Shown here piece after piece: positions 46,677 to 56,289 of a DNA stretch of 64,000 nucleotides. The translations under genes were made by a program, and so were the position numbers. The notes under the pieces are model-generated. The model did no database searches. It saw only the letters and a list, made by a program, of their open reading frames with translations, and had not been told where the DNA came from. Positions within the stretch are counted from its first letter, which is position 1. Each line of letters begins with the position of its first letter. The stretch is from the NCBI GenBank assembly GCA_050246755.1, contig JBFWVL010000005.1, positions 1 to 64,000 on the forward strand. Direction: 5' to 3'. Source of the stretch: Bacteriovoracia bacterium. Its GTDB lineage: Bacteria; Bdellovibrionota; UBA1018; CAIPTA01.

Positions 46677-47072
46677 ATGAACAATACGAAAAGTGAATTC
46701 AATAAAATGACGGATTCCGTGACGAAGACGATCGTGGATAACGTGAACAATGTGCTCGGCATCCTCCCCAAAACCCTTAGCTTCGAAGTTACGATGCCTA
46801 AAAAAACCGTTCGTCACCGTAAGGTGAAAGCGGCTCCACGCCGGGCCAAGCCCAGCGTGGCGAGAAAAGCGAAGACGGCGGCGAAGCGCGGATTGAAGAG
46901 GGCGAAAGTGGCCGGCGCACGGCTAAAAAAGCGCGCCAAAACCGCCATCACCAAATCCCGCAAAGCAGCTCCGCGTAAAGCGAGAGCCGTGAAGCGCACC
47001 AAGCCCCGCTCGCATACCGTGATCGCGCTGAAGCGCAAGCCTCGGCACCTAAGCCACGCGCGCGCCGCTTAG
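46677..47072 (+). CDS. Lys/Arg/Ala-rich histone-H1-like basic protein
   Basis: C-terminal ~90 aa dominated by K/R/A with no acidic residues. Confidence 0.65.
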   Translation: MNNTKSEFNKMTDSVTKTIVDNVNNVLGILPKTLSFEVTMPKKTVRHRKVKAAPRRAKPSVARKAKTAAKRGLKRAKVAGARLKKRAKTAITKSRKAAPRKARAVKRTKPRSHTVIALKRKPRHLSHARAA

Positions 47073-47089
47073 ATTTTATAGCTATAAAT

Positions 47090-47124
47090 AAAAAAGCGAT
47101 AGCCGGGGCGGCTATCGCTTTTTT
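47090..47124. terminator. Bidirectional Rho-independent terminator
   Basis: AAAAAAGCGATAGCCG-GGG-CGGCTATCGCTTTTTT between convergent genes. Confidence 0.9.
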
Positions 47125-47145
47125 ATGCCCGGAATAGGGAGTGAA

Positions 47146-47394
47146 CTACTGGCGCGTAACGGAAGTGTTCACGGAAGTATTCGTGGCGGTATTGGTTACG
47201 TTCACGGTTACCGTGGCCACGGCCGTTTGGGTAACGGTGGTTCCGCCGGATGCACCCACATTTCCAGCCGCGATGCGGGCGCGGAGGGCAGCGAGCTCGG
47301 CATCTTTAGCGGAGTTGTCGGCGTTGTCGCCGCAAGAGGTGATGCCCGCTAGGCCTGCTGCCAGGAGCAATGGAATGAGAAATTTCTGTTTCAT
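47146..47394 (-). CDS. Small lipoprotein with Thr-rich tail
   Basis: GGAGG SD; ITS-C lipobox; TTVTQTAVATVTVNVTNTATNTSVNTSVT. Confidence 0.75.
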   Translation of the reverse strand: MKQKFLIPLLLAAGLAGITSCGDNADNSAKDAELAALRARIAAGNVGASGGTTVTQTAVATVTVNVTNTATNTSVNTSVTRQ

Positions 47395-47487
47395 GGCAAA
47401 TCCTCCGTTAAGGCTCTATCGGCTAAATAGTAAATCCTTTGCAGGCGATTGCAAAGGCTCAACCCGTTATTTTCACTAAAGATTGTT

Positions 47488-48156
47488 CTAGCGCACGCAG
47501 TGGCAGGATGGATTGCCGGCGGCGGCGTCGCAGGAGAGGCGCACGTTTCCGCCCGCGAACTGGAGTTTTTGGACGATACCGTTTTCTTTTTCGAGAGTGA
47601 GCTCCTTTTCGCCGGGGTAGAAGTAACGCTGGCTTTCGATCTCGCTCGAAATCCGCTTATCGTGCAGCACCCGGCCCATCGCCTCCAGATCCGGCTGGTA
47701 GACTTCCTGGACGGGAAGGGGCACGCGGCTGGGGAGCCCCTCTTCGTCGATGGCGAATAGCGAGAGACGCAGCTCGGGTTTTCCCGCCTCGGTGAACTCC
47801 CGGGCGAGACGGATACGGAATGGCTTTCCGCCCTGATCCTCGAACTGCACAACCTTCCATTCCAGCTGTTCCGAGGTGGGACTGCCGGCCTCCGCGGCCA
47901 CCAAGGCTTCGAGCTCGGCGAAGTTCCCGGCGCCGGCGCCTAGGCATTTCTGGATCTCTTGCTGGGCCGAGTCCGGAAATTCTTTTGGCTCAATGTTTTT
48001 TGTGTATGCTTTCGTCGCCCCGGCGGCGGACGTTTGGGGATCGGTGGCTACCGTGACCGACACCGGCTGCGTGCCCTCGCGCTGCGCGAGGCGGTAGCTC
48101 ACCGCTGCGACGGCCGTGGCCAGCAAGATGAGCGCGATGAGGATCCAGCGTTTCAT
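47488..48156 (-). CDS. Membrane-anchored hypothetical protein
   Basis: Start MKRWIL at 48156 (the longer ORF overlaps the upstream gene); N-terminal TM helix. Confidence 0.7.
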   Translation of the reverse strand: MKRWILIALILLATAVAAVSYRLAQREGTQPVSVTVATDPQTSAAGATKAYTKNIEPKEFPDSAQQEIQKCLGAGAGNFAELEALVAAEAGSPTSEQLEWKVVQFEDQGGKPFRIRLAREFTEAGKPELRLSLFAIDEEGLPSRVPLPVQEVYQPDLEAMGRVLHDKRISSEIESQRYFYPGEKELTLEKENGIVQKLQFAGGNVRLSCDAAAGNPSCHCVR

Positions 48157-48164
48157 CTTCCGGT

Positions 48165-49529
48165 CTAGTAGGTGGGGCAGGAAGAAGCTCTCTCCGTAGG
48201 CCCGCGCGCGGAGCCCCAGCGAACCGTATAGGGCTCGTTCGGATTCGAGGAGATGCGGTCCGAAAAGAGACGGCGGCGGAATTCGCCGAGGCTCATCGAG
48301 CTGCCGGTCATATACTCGAAGGAGCAATAGGTGCTGCCCTTTTCTTTGGTGCGGCTGGTGGCGAAAATATTGGCCATCTGCTCGGCGAGTTTCTTGGTTA
48401 AGCCTCCGCCTTCCTTCACGATCCGCGTGTAGGAGATCGCGAGATCGTTGAAGGCATCTTTCATCTGTTTGTCGCGGCTCGGGGTCGAAAGATCATCGTA
48501 GGTTTGGGCATCCATGCACTGGTCGCCGTTCGTCTGCTGCCAATCATAGGCTTTGCTCACCATCAGCACGCGGGTTTTCACGAGCTGGCAAATATCGTCC
48601 ATGTGGCGCTTGAGCTCTTCCTCGGCGGTTTCTCCGCGCTGGGAAAGCGTGGCTTGCATGGTGCGAATCCAGCGGTTGGCTTCGATCTTGTACTGCTCGT
48701 CGCTATAGCCGGGTACTTGCCATTCGGGCTTGAAGAGATCGTCGGGCAAGCGATAGTAGCGAATGCCGCTCGGGCCCTTGATGCCGGCCGAGAAAAGAAA
48801 TCCTACGCTCGGCCAAGAGCGCACGAGGAGAGTTCCATCGTTGGCCTGGGTGGAATAGTAGAGGGTGGGCACGCCCGTATCGCGCAGTTTTTTGATCGTG
48901 TAGGAGTGCTTGCTCTCTTTGGCGAGCATGAAGCCGCCTGGGTGCACGGTATCGCGGTTGATCGCGATCGGGATGCTGTCGTTCGGAAGGGTGGTGGTGC
49001 CCATCACGTCGTAGAGCCACCAAAGAAACGCGGTCACGCGCTCGGGGCCTTCGCGGAAATGTTTGAACTTCGTGGTGGCGTTGGAAATCGTGGTGCGCAT
49101 GGAGCTTGGGTCCACCACGGCGAAAGGCAGGCCGTTCTGAGAGGCGAAGATGGCGCGCATGGAGTATACGGCGTCGGCGCAGTCGGGGAGAAGGCCATGG
49201 TAGGCGCTTCGCGGATTGGTGAAGATATCTACGTTCCAGGAATTGGTCACCCATTCTTGGTAGCGTTTTTCCCAGCTATCGTCCCACTGATTGCGAACGG
49301 CCCAAACGGCGGCGGTGGTGGAACCGGGAGCGAGTTTGCCTTCTCGCACTAAGGGAGTACGGGGATTTTCGCGAACTTGGGGAGCGACGGGATCGCTGGG
49401 CTGGCTGAATGGCCAGCCAGAATTCCCGCGGTTGCGGTTATTGCCGCCCCAGCTGAAGAGATCATCGAGAAATCCCGCTTGCGCCGTAGCTGCCGAGAGG
49501 AAAATCGAAAGAATGAGAATGGACTTCAT
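48165..49529 (-). CDS. Secreted hypothetical protein
   Basis: Signal peptide AQA; W...WE..YQEWV, DCADAVY.MR.IFA..NGLPF, YDDLSTPSRD, SNPN. Confidence 0.8.
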   Translation of the reverse strand: MKSILILSIFLSAATAQAGFLDDLFSWGGNNRNRGNSGWPFSQPSDPVAPQVRENPRTPLVREGKLAPGSTTAAVWAVRNQWDDSWEKRYQEWVTNSWNVDIFTNPRSAYHGLLPDCADAVYSMRAIFASQNGLPFAVVDPSSMRTTISNATTKFKHFREGPERVTAFLWWLYDVMGTTTLPNDSIPIAINRDTVHPGGFMLAKESKHSYTIKKLRDTGVPTLYYSTQANDGTLLVRSWPSVGFLFSAGIKGPSGIRYYRLPDDLFKPEWQVPGYSDEQYKIEANRWIRTMQATLSQRGETAEEELKRHMDDICQLVKTRVLMVSKAYDWQQTNGDQCMDAQTYDDLSTPSRDKQMKDAFNDLAISYTRIVKEGGGLTKKLAEQMANIFATSRTKEKGSTYCSFEYMTGSSMSLGEFRRRLFSDRISSNPNEPYTVRWGSARGPTERASSCPTY

Positions 49530-49729
49530 GGATGCTCCCTACATTGTCAAAAAGGCTGACCAAAAAACTTGTACTGCATTGCGTTATAAATCTCCAGTTC
49601 AATTTCTGTTAGGGTGGAAAATACTTTTCCCGGATTAGTGGCACCTAGACTTATGGACCGAATCTCGCTAGGGGTAGCGTGCAGAATAACTATTAGTTAT
49701 CAGATACTTAGATTAGGTATGCCCTATGT

Positions 49730-49849
49730 TCTGGGGCTGGCGGGCTACGGGCTGCGATTGAGTATCTAGGCTATGTGCAGATCGATACGATTTCGGTAGT
49801 AGGAAGGAGCTTTTCGTGGAGAAAAACGCGGGAAAGAAAGGCGACATGA
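49730..49849 (+). pseudogene. Relic fragment of a YcaQ/DUF1006-like DNA glycosylase gene
   Basis: Frame reads LRAAIEYLGYVQIDTISVVGR with no in-frame ATG; bounded by stops at 49709 and 49847. Confidence 0.6.
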
Positions 49850-49922
49850 CGGTTTGTGATTCGGTGAAGATTCTTAAAAAGAAGAATTGACATGGTGCGT
49901 TGTCTCGCGCTATTCACCGCTC

Positions 49923-50351
49923 ATGAAGATTTTATTCGTTCTACTCACTACTGCATTTCTCTCGGCAAACGCTTCGGCTTCCACAAAGGCCTACGACATC
50001 TATACGGTACTGAAAAATGCCGGCCTCAGCGACGAACCTCTCGTAGACGTGACGGTATACCAGGAGAGAATGTACGGCGTTTACTGCACCAAGCAAATGA
50101 GCACCTACGAGTGCGGCCTGGATCGCGACGATGCCGAAGGCCGTCCGATCCGTTTGGTGGGCAGCGAAGCAAAAAAATTATACAGCGCGCTCCTAGACCG
50201 CGACGTGGTGAATTGCGATAAAAACAGCTGCAGCCTCTTCGTGGACGTTATCCAGTGCAGCTACACCGTGGACAAAGGCTTCGATCCCGCCAAGCTTCCT
50301 TCCCTAAAGGACCGCACGGCCTGCGAGATCACCACCACGAAAAAGATTTAA
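49923..50351 (+). CDS. Secreted Cys-containing hypothetical protein
   Basis: Start MKILF at 49923; signal peptide ASA; 6 Cys. Confidence 0.7.
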   Translation: MKILFVLLTTAFLSANASASTKAYDIYTVLKNAGLSDEPLVDVTVYQERMYGVYCTKQMSTYECGLDRDDAEGRPIRLVGSEAKKLYSALLDRDVVNCDKNSCSLFVDVIQCSYTVDKGFDPAKLPSLKDRTACEITTTKKI

Positions 50352-50363
50352 ACATTTCCCATT

Positions 50364-53300
50364 TCAGCAAACCGGAACCTTCGCTGCTTCCTTTTTGAGG
50401 TCGAGCGTGCGGTGGAGCTTTCCCTCCTTCAATTCGAAAATCATATCGCAGTCGGCAACGGTGCCGAGGCGATGCGCGATGATCAGCATCGTCACGTTCT
50501 GGCAGCTTTGGCGCACCACTTCCTGCACGAGCCCGTCGGTCTGCACGTCCACCGAGGCGGTGGCTTCGTCCATCACGATCACTTTCGCATCGGCGAGCAA
50601 GGCCCGCGCGAGGCAAAGCAGCTGGCGTTGGCCCTGACTGAAGTTGGCGCCGCTCTCGCTCACCGGCGCTTGCAGCCCAAGGGGCAGCGCCCGCACAAGG
50701 GTTTCCAGCCGCGCTTTGCGCAGAGACTCCCACACTTCCTCGTCGGTAAACTCGCTATAGCGATCGAGGTTATTGCGCAAGGTTCCCATGAAGAGGGTGG
50801 GATCCTGGGGAATGATGGCGAGACTGCGGCGCACGCGTTCGAGGGGAACGGAAGCGATATTCACGCCGTCGATGCGGATTTCTCCCGATTCCGCTTCCAT
50901 GCAACGGAAGAGCGCCTGGAGCAAAGTGCTTTTCCCCGAGCCGGTGCGGCCGATGATGCCCACGCGGGATCCCGCGGGCACGCGGAAAGAAACGCCTTTC
51001 AAAATGGGCGGCAGATGGGAAGCGTAGCGGGCCACGAGACGGTCGAACACCACTTCGCCCTTCTGCGGCCAGTCTTTCTCGAGCGGAACGGCGGAAGGCG
51101 CGAAAATATCTTTCTCGGATTCCAGCGAGCCGTAGAATTTCAGACGCTCCACGGAGGTCATGCGGGCTTCCACCTCGGCGAATACGCGCACGGCCCAGTT
51201 CAGCGATTCCCAGAGCGAGATCGCGTACACGATCACGAGGCCGGCGAGGCCCGGGCTGATCTTCCCGGCGTGGGCGTAGAACACGATGCCCGCGGCGGTG
51301 GAGCTCGACACGATGGCGCCGAGCAGGGGGATCCGGCTCGAGAACCAGCGGTTGAGCATATAGTGGCCGTAGAACATACGCTGGCTATGCTCGAGGCGCT
51401 GGTAAAACATTTCGAGGAAGAGATCCATCTTCCCGAAGGAGCGGATCACCACGAGGCCGTGGAGGGTTTCCTTGAAGTGAGCATAGCGCGGGGAGCGGCT
51501 GATCGAATCGAGGCGCTTGGCTTCACGCGCGGGAATGCGGTAGTCGCGCTGAAGGAGGTAGTAGGCCGCGAGCACCGGCGCGATCACCACCAGCATCAGG
51601 GGGAGAGCCCCGAGGATGAGCAGGAGCGAGGTGGCGATATTTACTAGGCAGCGCACGGTGAGCTCGAAGCTCCACTGCAACTGCGTGTCGACGGATTCTA
51701 CGTCGCGGGAAAAGCGCTGAAGCACGCGGCCGACCGGAGTGGAGTCGAAAAAGCGAATCGGGGCTTTGAGCACGGACCTTAGCATCGTGCCGTGGAGATC
51801 GCGGCCCGCGGCCATACCGCGCTCGAGCCAGAACAATCTATTTATCAATACTCCCGAAAGCGTGATCAGCCCGAGCCCTCCGTAAACTAAAATGGAATGC
51901 CGGTGGTTGGCGGCGAGGCTTTCGAGTATTCCTCCGGAGGGCGTATTTTTTCCCGTTTGCAGGTTTGAGCTGAGGGCGAGCCAGCTTTTTTGCATGAGCG
52001 GCAGAAAACTGGCCGCGGCGGTGGAAGCCACGAGCAAAGGGATGGTGATGATCTTGCGCAGGCGCGTGCGGCCGCCGAGCGCCGAAAGGTAGTCGAAATA
52101 TACGCCTCCGCGCACGGCGCCCACGGCGCGCTCTTCGTCGGAGGTAACACGTGCGGCCGCCGCGGTTGGCGCGGTAGGAATCGCGGCCTGGGCGGCCGCG
52201 GGCTCCGCGGCCACGCCGGACACCTGGGTATTTTGCTCCGCCCGCGCCGAGTCGGCGAAGAAGGCGCGGAACTCGGGTGAAGCGGTGGCCACTTCATCGA
52301 GGCTGCCCACGGCGTGTACTTTTCCGTCCACGAGAAAAACCACTTTATCGAAGCGGCTTAGATAAGCCAGGCGATGCGTGACCACTACGCGGGTGATGCC
52401 GCGCCAAACTCCGAAGAGAAGGCGCTCCACCAGCTGTTCCTCGGTGCGTCCATCCACGGCGGAGAGGGGATCGTCGAGCAATACCAGATTCGGCTGGTGC
52501 ATCACCGCGCGCGCGAGGCTCACGCGCTGTTTTTGCCCGCCGGAAAGATTCACGCCGCGTTCGCCGATCTCGGTGAAGATCCCGGCCGGAAGCTGGGGTA
52601 GATCCGCTTCGAGGCAGCTCGCCCGCAGCGCGGTTTGCAGGAGGGCGCCGTCGTAAGTGCCGCCGAACGCGAGGTTTTCCTGAAGCGTTCCGTTCATGAT
52701 GAAGGCTTCTTGGGGAACGTAGGCGATCCGCGGCAGAATGGCCTTTTTTCTCGAGTCCACGAAGCTCAGGCTGCCTTCGCGCAGCGGAAGCTCGCGGAGC
52801 AGGGCGTGGAGAAAAGTGCTCTTGCCGCAGCCCACGGGTCCCACGATCGCCACGCTCTCCCCGGGCAGAATGCCAAGGCTCACTTCGCTCAGGGAGGGAT
52901 TGGATTGCCCCTCGTGGATGATTTTAATATTGGCTACTTCAATCCCGGGAAGGCCCGTATCGCCGGCTTCCCCGGCGAGCTGGTAAATGAGCCGCTCACG
53001 CTTCAGGAACGCGCAAATGCGGCCGGCGCTCACGAAGGCGCCCGCCACGCGCGAGATCACTTCCGAAAGATGGCTGAACGGCTCCTCGAGCAGGGCGAAA
53101 ATCGAAACGCAGGTGAATACCAGTTCGGGGCTTAAGGAAAACCCGCGGTATACGTGGAGGCCGAGCGAGGCGAAGAGCACCAGGGTGGAAACCGTCATGT
53201 AGCTGAGCGTGGAAAGGGCTTCCGCCCGCGCAAGTTTTTTGCGCGAATGCAGCTCCTTGGTGCGCTTATCGCTTACTTCGCGGAGCACACTTTTTTCCCA

Positions 53301-54104
53301 GGCGAAAAATTTCACCACGCGGATGCCGTTCAGCACCTGCGACATCAGGGTCACGCGTTCATCGCGGTACTTCATCAGCTCCTCGTCGATGGCGGAGAAA
53401 GAGCGCGCGGCTATTCTAGTAAGCGGGATCATCAGCAGGAGCAGGGCCACCGAAAGGGTGGCCGTACTTCCCAAGTACCAGAACAGGAGCGCGCAGGAGC
53501 CCACGATCGCCACGAACGAAGCTTGGAGATCGCCGAGCACCATGCCCACGTCGGCCACGGCGTCGCTGTCCGAGCTCATATGGTTCACCACATCGCCCAC
53601 CTGCGTTTCGCCCCGGGCCTTCTGCGTGAGCATCAGACTATGCTTAAAGAGCAAGCGATTGATGGCGTTGGTGAAAATCTGGTGGCTGCCGAGCATGCGC
53701 AGAAAATAGTGCTGCACGCAGAGGCTGGCCACGAAGCTCACGGCCCCAAGGAGAAATGCCAGGGCGAGGGCATAGCCGAGATCCTGGGAAGAGGTGAAAG
53801 GCGTGGAGACGCGCGTGATGAAGGCGTTGATCAGCACTGGCTTCGTGAGGTTGAAGATCACGTAGGCGAAGTTCAGCGCGAGGGCCGGGATCACGAACGC
53901 ACGGCCAGCGCGCAGCAGGCTCTTCAGCAACTCCTTGGCGTTCTCGGTGGCGATTGAATTTTCCTCAAAAGGAAGGTGGCGAGGATCGAGCAGGCGTGGC
54001 AGGGCGGGCATGTCTTCCGGCTGCAATACTTTGGTCTTCGCGAGGCGCACGATTTTCTTCACGTCGCTGAAGAGAACGAAGCGGACAAAAGAACGAAACG
54101 GCAT
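50364..54104 (-). CDS. Fused ABCC/MRP-type exporter (TMD-NBD-TMD-NBD)
   Basis: GPVGCGKS / GERGVNLSGGQKQR / LLDDPLSAVD; FFDSTPVGR.LQRFSRD; GRTGSGKS / NFSQGQRQL / MDEATASVD. Start 54104 or 54188. Confidence 0.93.
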   Translation of the reverse strand: MPFRSFVRFVLFSDVKKIVRLAKTKVLQPEDMPALPRLLDPRHLPFEENSIATENAKELLKSLLRAGRAFVIPALALNFAYVIFNLTKPVLINAFITRVSTPFTSSQDLGYALALAFLLGAVSFVASLCVQHYFLRMLGSHQIFTNAINRLLFKHSLMLTQKARGETQVGDVVNHMSSDSDAVADVGMVLGDLQASFVAIVGSCALLFWYLGSTATLSVALLLLMIPLTRIAARSFSAIDEELMKYRDERVTLMSQVLNGIRVVKFFAWEKSVLREVSDKRTKELHSRKKLARAEALSTLSYMTVSTLVLFASLGLHVYRGFSLSPELVFTCVSIFALLEEPFSHLSEVISRVAGAFVSAGRICAFLKRERLIYQLAGEAGDTGLPGIEVANIKIIHEGQSNPSLSEVSLGILPGESVAIVGPVGCGKSTFLHALLRELPLREGSLSFVDSRKKAILPRIAYVPQEAFIMNGTLQENLAFGGTYDGALLQTALRASCLEADLPQLPAGIFTEIGERGVNLSGGQKQRVSLARAVMHQPNLVLLDDPLSAVDGRTEEQLVERLLFGVWRGITRVVVTHRLAYLSRFDKVVFLVDGKVHAVGSLDEVATASPEFRAFFADSARAEQNTQVSGVAAEPAAAQAAIPTAPTAAAARVTSDEERAVGAVRGGVYFDYLSALGGRTRLRKIITIPLLVASTAAASFLPLMQKSWLALSSNLQTGKNTPSGGILESLAANHRHSILVYGGLGLITLSGVLINRLFWLERGMAAGRDLHGTMLRSVLKAPIRFFDSTPVGRVLQRFSRDVESVDTQLQWSFELTVRCLVNIATSLLLILGALPLMLVVIAPVLAAYYLLQRDYRIPAREAKRLDSISRSPRYAHFKETLHGLVVIRSFGKMDLFLEMFYQRLEHSQRMFYGHYMLNRWFSSRIPLLGAIVSSSTAAGIVFYAHAGKISPGLAGLVIVYAISLWESLNWAVRVFAEVEARMTSVERLKFYGSLESEKDIFAPSAVPLEKDWPQKGEVVFDRLVARYASHLPPILKGVSFRVPAGSRVGIIGRTGSGKSTLLQALFRCMEAESGEIRIDGVNIASVPLERVRRSLAIIPQDPTLFMGTLRNNLDRYSEFTDEEVWESLRKARLETLVRALPLGLQAPVSESGANFSQGQRQLLCLARALLADAKVIVMDEATASVDVQTDGLVQEVVRQSCQNVTMLIIAHRLGTVADCDMIFELKEGKLHRTLDLKKEAAKVPVC

Positions 54105-54277
54105 CAGACATCCAGTCTTATTATAGATAAATTTTATAGGGAACGGCCGCGGATCGGGTACGCGGCGGAACTTGTTTCGCTCTCTCATTTATACCACGGA
54201 GCCCGGAAAATTGGGAAGGCGGCGGGGGATTATTCCCGCTAGGAGTGCCGCGCAAATCCGGACGAACGCGTTCCGGC

Positions 54278-54649
54278 TTACGGCTTCTTCGCTTCGGCTT
54301 GCAGGCGCGTGAGAATCTCTTTGGGAATCGAGGGATGTTTTTCCTGTAGTTCCGCGGCGGTATCGTGGCGTGCGCGCATGTAGAGCATATCGCGATCCAG
54401 CTCATCGAGGTTTTTCACGTGAGACTCTAAACCAGGTACGCGCGCGAACACCGCCTCACGCTGCTCTTTATCCGGAAGGGCGTCGGGGTGCGGCACCCGC
54501 TTCGGCAAAGCTTTCACTTGGATATTCTTATGCTTACGGAACGCCTTTTCCGGATAGACCTTCGGGTCTACCTCCACGGTTCCCGAAGGAATCTCTTCGG
54601 CGAACGCGAAGGCGGAAAAGAGCAGGCTTAGCAACAGCAGTTTTTTCAT
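54278..54649 (-). CDS. Small secreted hypothetical protein
   Basis: Signal peptide AFA; ATGA-coupled to the upstream gene. Confidence 0.7.
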   Translation of the reverse strand: MKKLLLLSLLFSAFAFAEEIPSGTVEVDPKVYPEKAFRKHKNIQVKALPKRVPHPDALPDKEQREAVFARVPGLESHVKNLDELDRDMLYMRARHDTAAELQEKHPSIPKEILTRLQAEAKKP

Positions 54650-56196
54650 CGTGACCTCGGCCGCAGCACGGTGCCTTCGATCCAGTTAAAGGGGATCGCG
54701 TCGCGCGCCAGCGTTTCTTCGGGAGAAATTTTCTCTCCCTCACCCACGGTGTGTTCGCCCTGGAGAAAAAACAGCGGGCGGAGCACGGGGAATCTGTTTT
54801 TGGCCGATTGCAGTGCCTGCCACTGCGCGCGGGCGGCCGGATCGCCGTTTTGCACGGCGCGGGCGAGCTGCTTTTCTTTCAGTCTCATCTCGGCCTGGAT
54901 ATCGTTATAGCTTTTCACGAATTCCACGCGCCCCGTTTTTCCGTCGAGCGCGGGCACGACGGAACTGATTCCGGCCTCCTCCAAATCTTTATCGAGCGCC
55001 GCGAGGTCGTTGGCGAAGTAGGTATTGAAATTTTTCTGCACCCGCCACCAGAAGATGAGGCGAATCACGCTTTCACGGATCGATTTGCGGTAGTCTTCCA
55101 TTTCCTTCTCTTGCCCTTTATTTTGCAAAGCGTTTTTGGCCGGGCACACGTTTTGGAGCGCGGTATAGAAAATCCGGAGTGGGGAAGAGGCGGAATCGAA
55201 GCTCGGCGGATTCTTTTTCAGGGAGCGTAGGTCCAGGTAGGTATCCTGGATGGACTCCGCTTGGGCCAGGATCGTGGTCCATTGCTCGTCGCAGGTAAGA
55301 GCATTGCCGGCGCCGGGCTGGCCCTCGATGATCTGGCGGCAGTAGTCGATCACGGACTGGGTTCCGGTCACACTCGATAGCCGCTTGAAGGCCCGCTCGA
55401 TCAGCGAAGGATCCAGGGCGCGCCCCGTAACGCCGATTTCGTTATCGAGCTTGCAGGCTAGATCGAGGTTCTGCGAAATATACTCGCGCGCCACCGCCCG
55501 GGTGCGGCTCGGGGCTTTCACGCCGAAGCCGGCGATCAAGGTGGCGTAGGGGAAAAGGGAATTCCAATGGGGACGGTTGTTTTCCGTCATGTTGTAGCAG
55601 CCCAGCAGCAGCACGTTCTGGGTGGAGCGAAAAACGCCCGGGCTACGCTGGAGAACTTCGTCGAGGTCGCCCCAGGACAGGCGGTTGGCGCTTTCCCCGG
55701 TGAAGTTCCAGCCGTCGGCGTGGGCGCTGATGGCGAAAGAGGAGATACTGCCCTTGGCCTGGCGAATGGCTTTTGCGGTATCTTCGAATTGCTCGGCGAT
55801 GGTGCCATATTCCTGTTCCGCTTTGTTCAGCAAATGGGTTTGTCGGAAGAGATCCTTGATCTCGGTGGCGTATTTTTGCGCGATCGCCGGATCGCCCTGC
55901 CACTTGCCGCCGTTGCGCATGATCTCTTCGATCGCGTTGTCCACTTCGCCTTTTTTCCATTCGGGCCGTTCGGCTTGCAATTTGGCCGCGAGGGAATCAC
56001 GTTTGGCGAAGAGGGCTTCCCCCACCGGAATCATTTCGAGGGGCGGGATGGAAACTGGGATTCTCCCGCAGGCCTCCGAGCTTTTTTTGAAAGCCTGCCA
56101 CTCGGCATTTGAATAATTCATGTTCACCATCAGCGCGTATTCCGCGGCCAAAGCCGGGAAGGGAAGCAGCGTGAGGAGGAGGGCGAGGAACCGCAT
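54646..56196 (-). CDS. Secreted hypothetical protein, possible His/Cys peptidase-like motif
   Basis: Signal peptide ALA; ISAHADG and VLLLGCYN resemble caspase/CHAT-like dyad strands (weak). Confidence 0.7.
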   Translation of the reverse strand: MRFLALLLTLLPFPALAAEYALMVNMNYSNAEWQAFKKSSEACGRIPVSIPPLEMIPVGEALFAKRDSLAAKLQAERPEWKKGEVDNAIEEIMRNGGKWQGDPAIAQKYATEIKDLFRQTHLLNKAEQEYGTIAEQFEDTAKAIRQAKGSISSFAISAHADGWNFTGESANRLSWGDLDEVLQRSPGVFRSTQNVLLLGCYNMTENNRPHWNSLFPYATLIAGFGVKAPSRTRAVAREYISQNLDLACKLDNEIGVTGRALDPSLIERAFKRLSSVTGTQSVIDYCRQIIEGQPGAGNALTCDEQWTTILAQAESIQDTYLDLRSLKKNPPSFDSASSPLRIFYTALQNVCPAKNALQNKGQEKEMEDYRKSIRESVIRLIFWWRVQKNFNTYFANDLAALDKDLEEAGISSVVPALDGKTGRVEFVKSYNDIQAEMRLKEKQLARAVQNGDPAARAQWQALQSAKNRFPVLRPLFFLQGEHTVGEGEKISPEETLARDAIPFNWIEGTVLRPRSR

Positions 56197-56202
56197 GAGA
56201 AA

Positions 56203-56230
56203 CTATCGGACTAAAGCGCCCCGGAGTTTA
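56203..56230 (-). promoter_or_regulatory. sigma28-like promoter TAAA-N16-TCCGATAG
   Basis: -10 element ends 6 nt before ATG 56196. Confidence 0.65.
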
Positions 56231-56289
56231 CGAAGAGCATGGATTAATTGGAGAATTGGCCCGTTTTTAGCGGAAGCGTGTAGGGAAAA

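Noticed and set aside
50412-51647. Long antisense or alternative-frame ORFs (also 43769..44857, 42615..43466, 5277..6146, 48504..49352, 61419..62183)
   Set aside because: They are shadows of well-supported genes in GC-rich DNA and have no motifs of their own.
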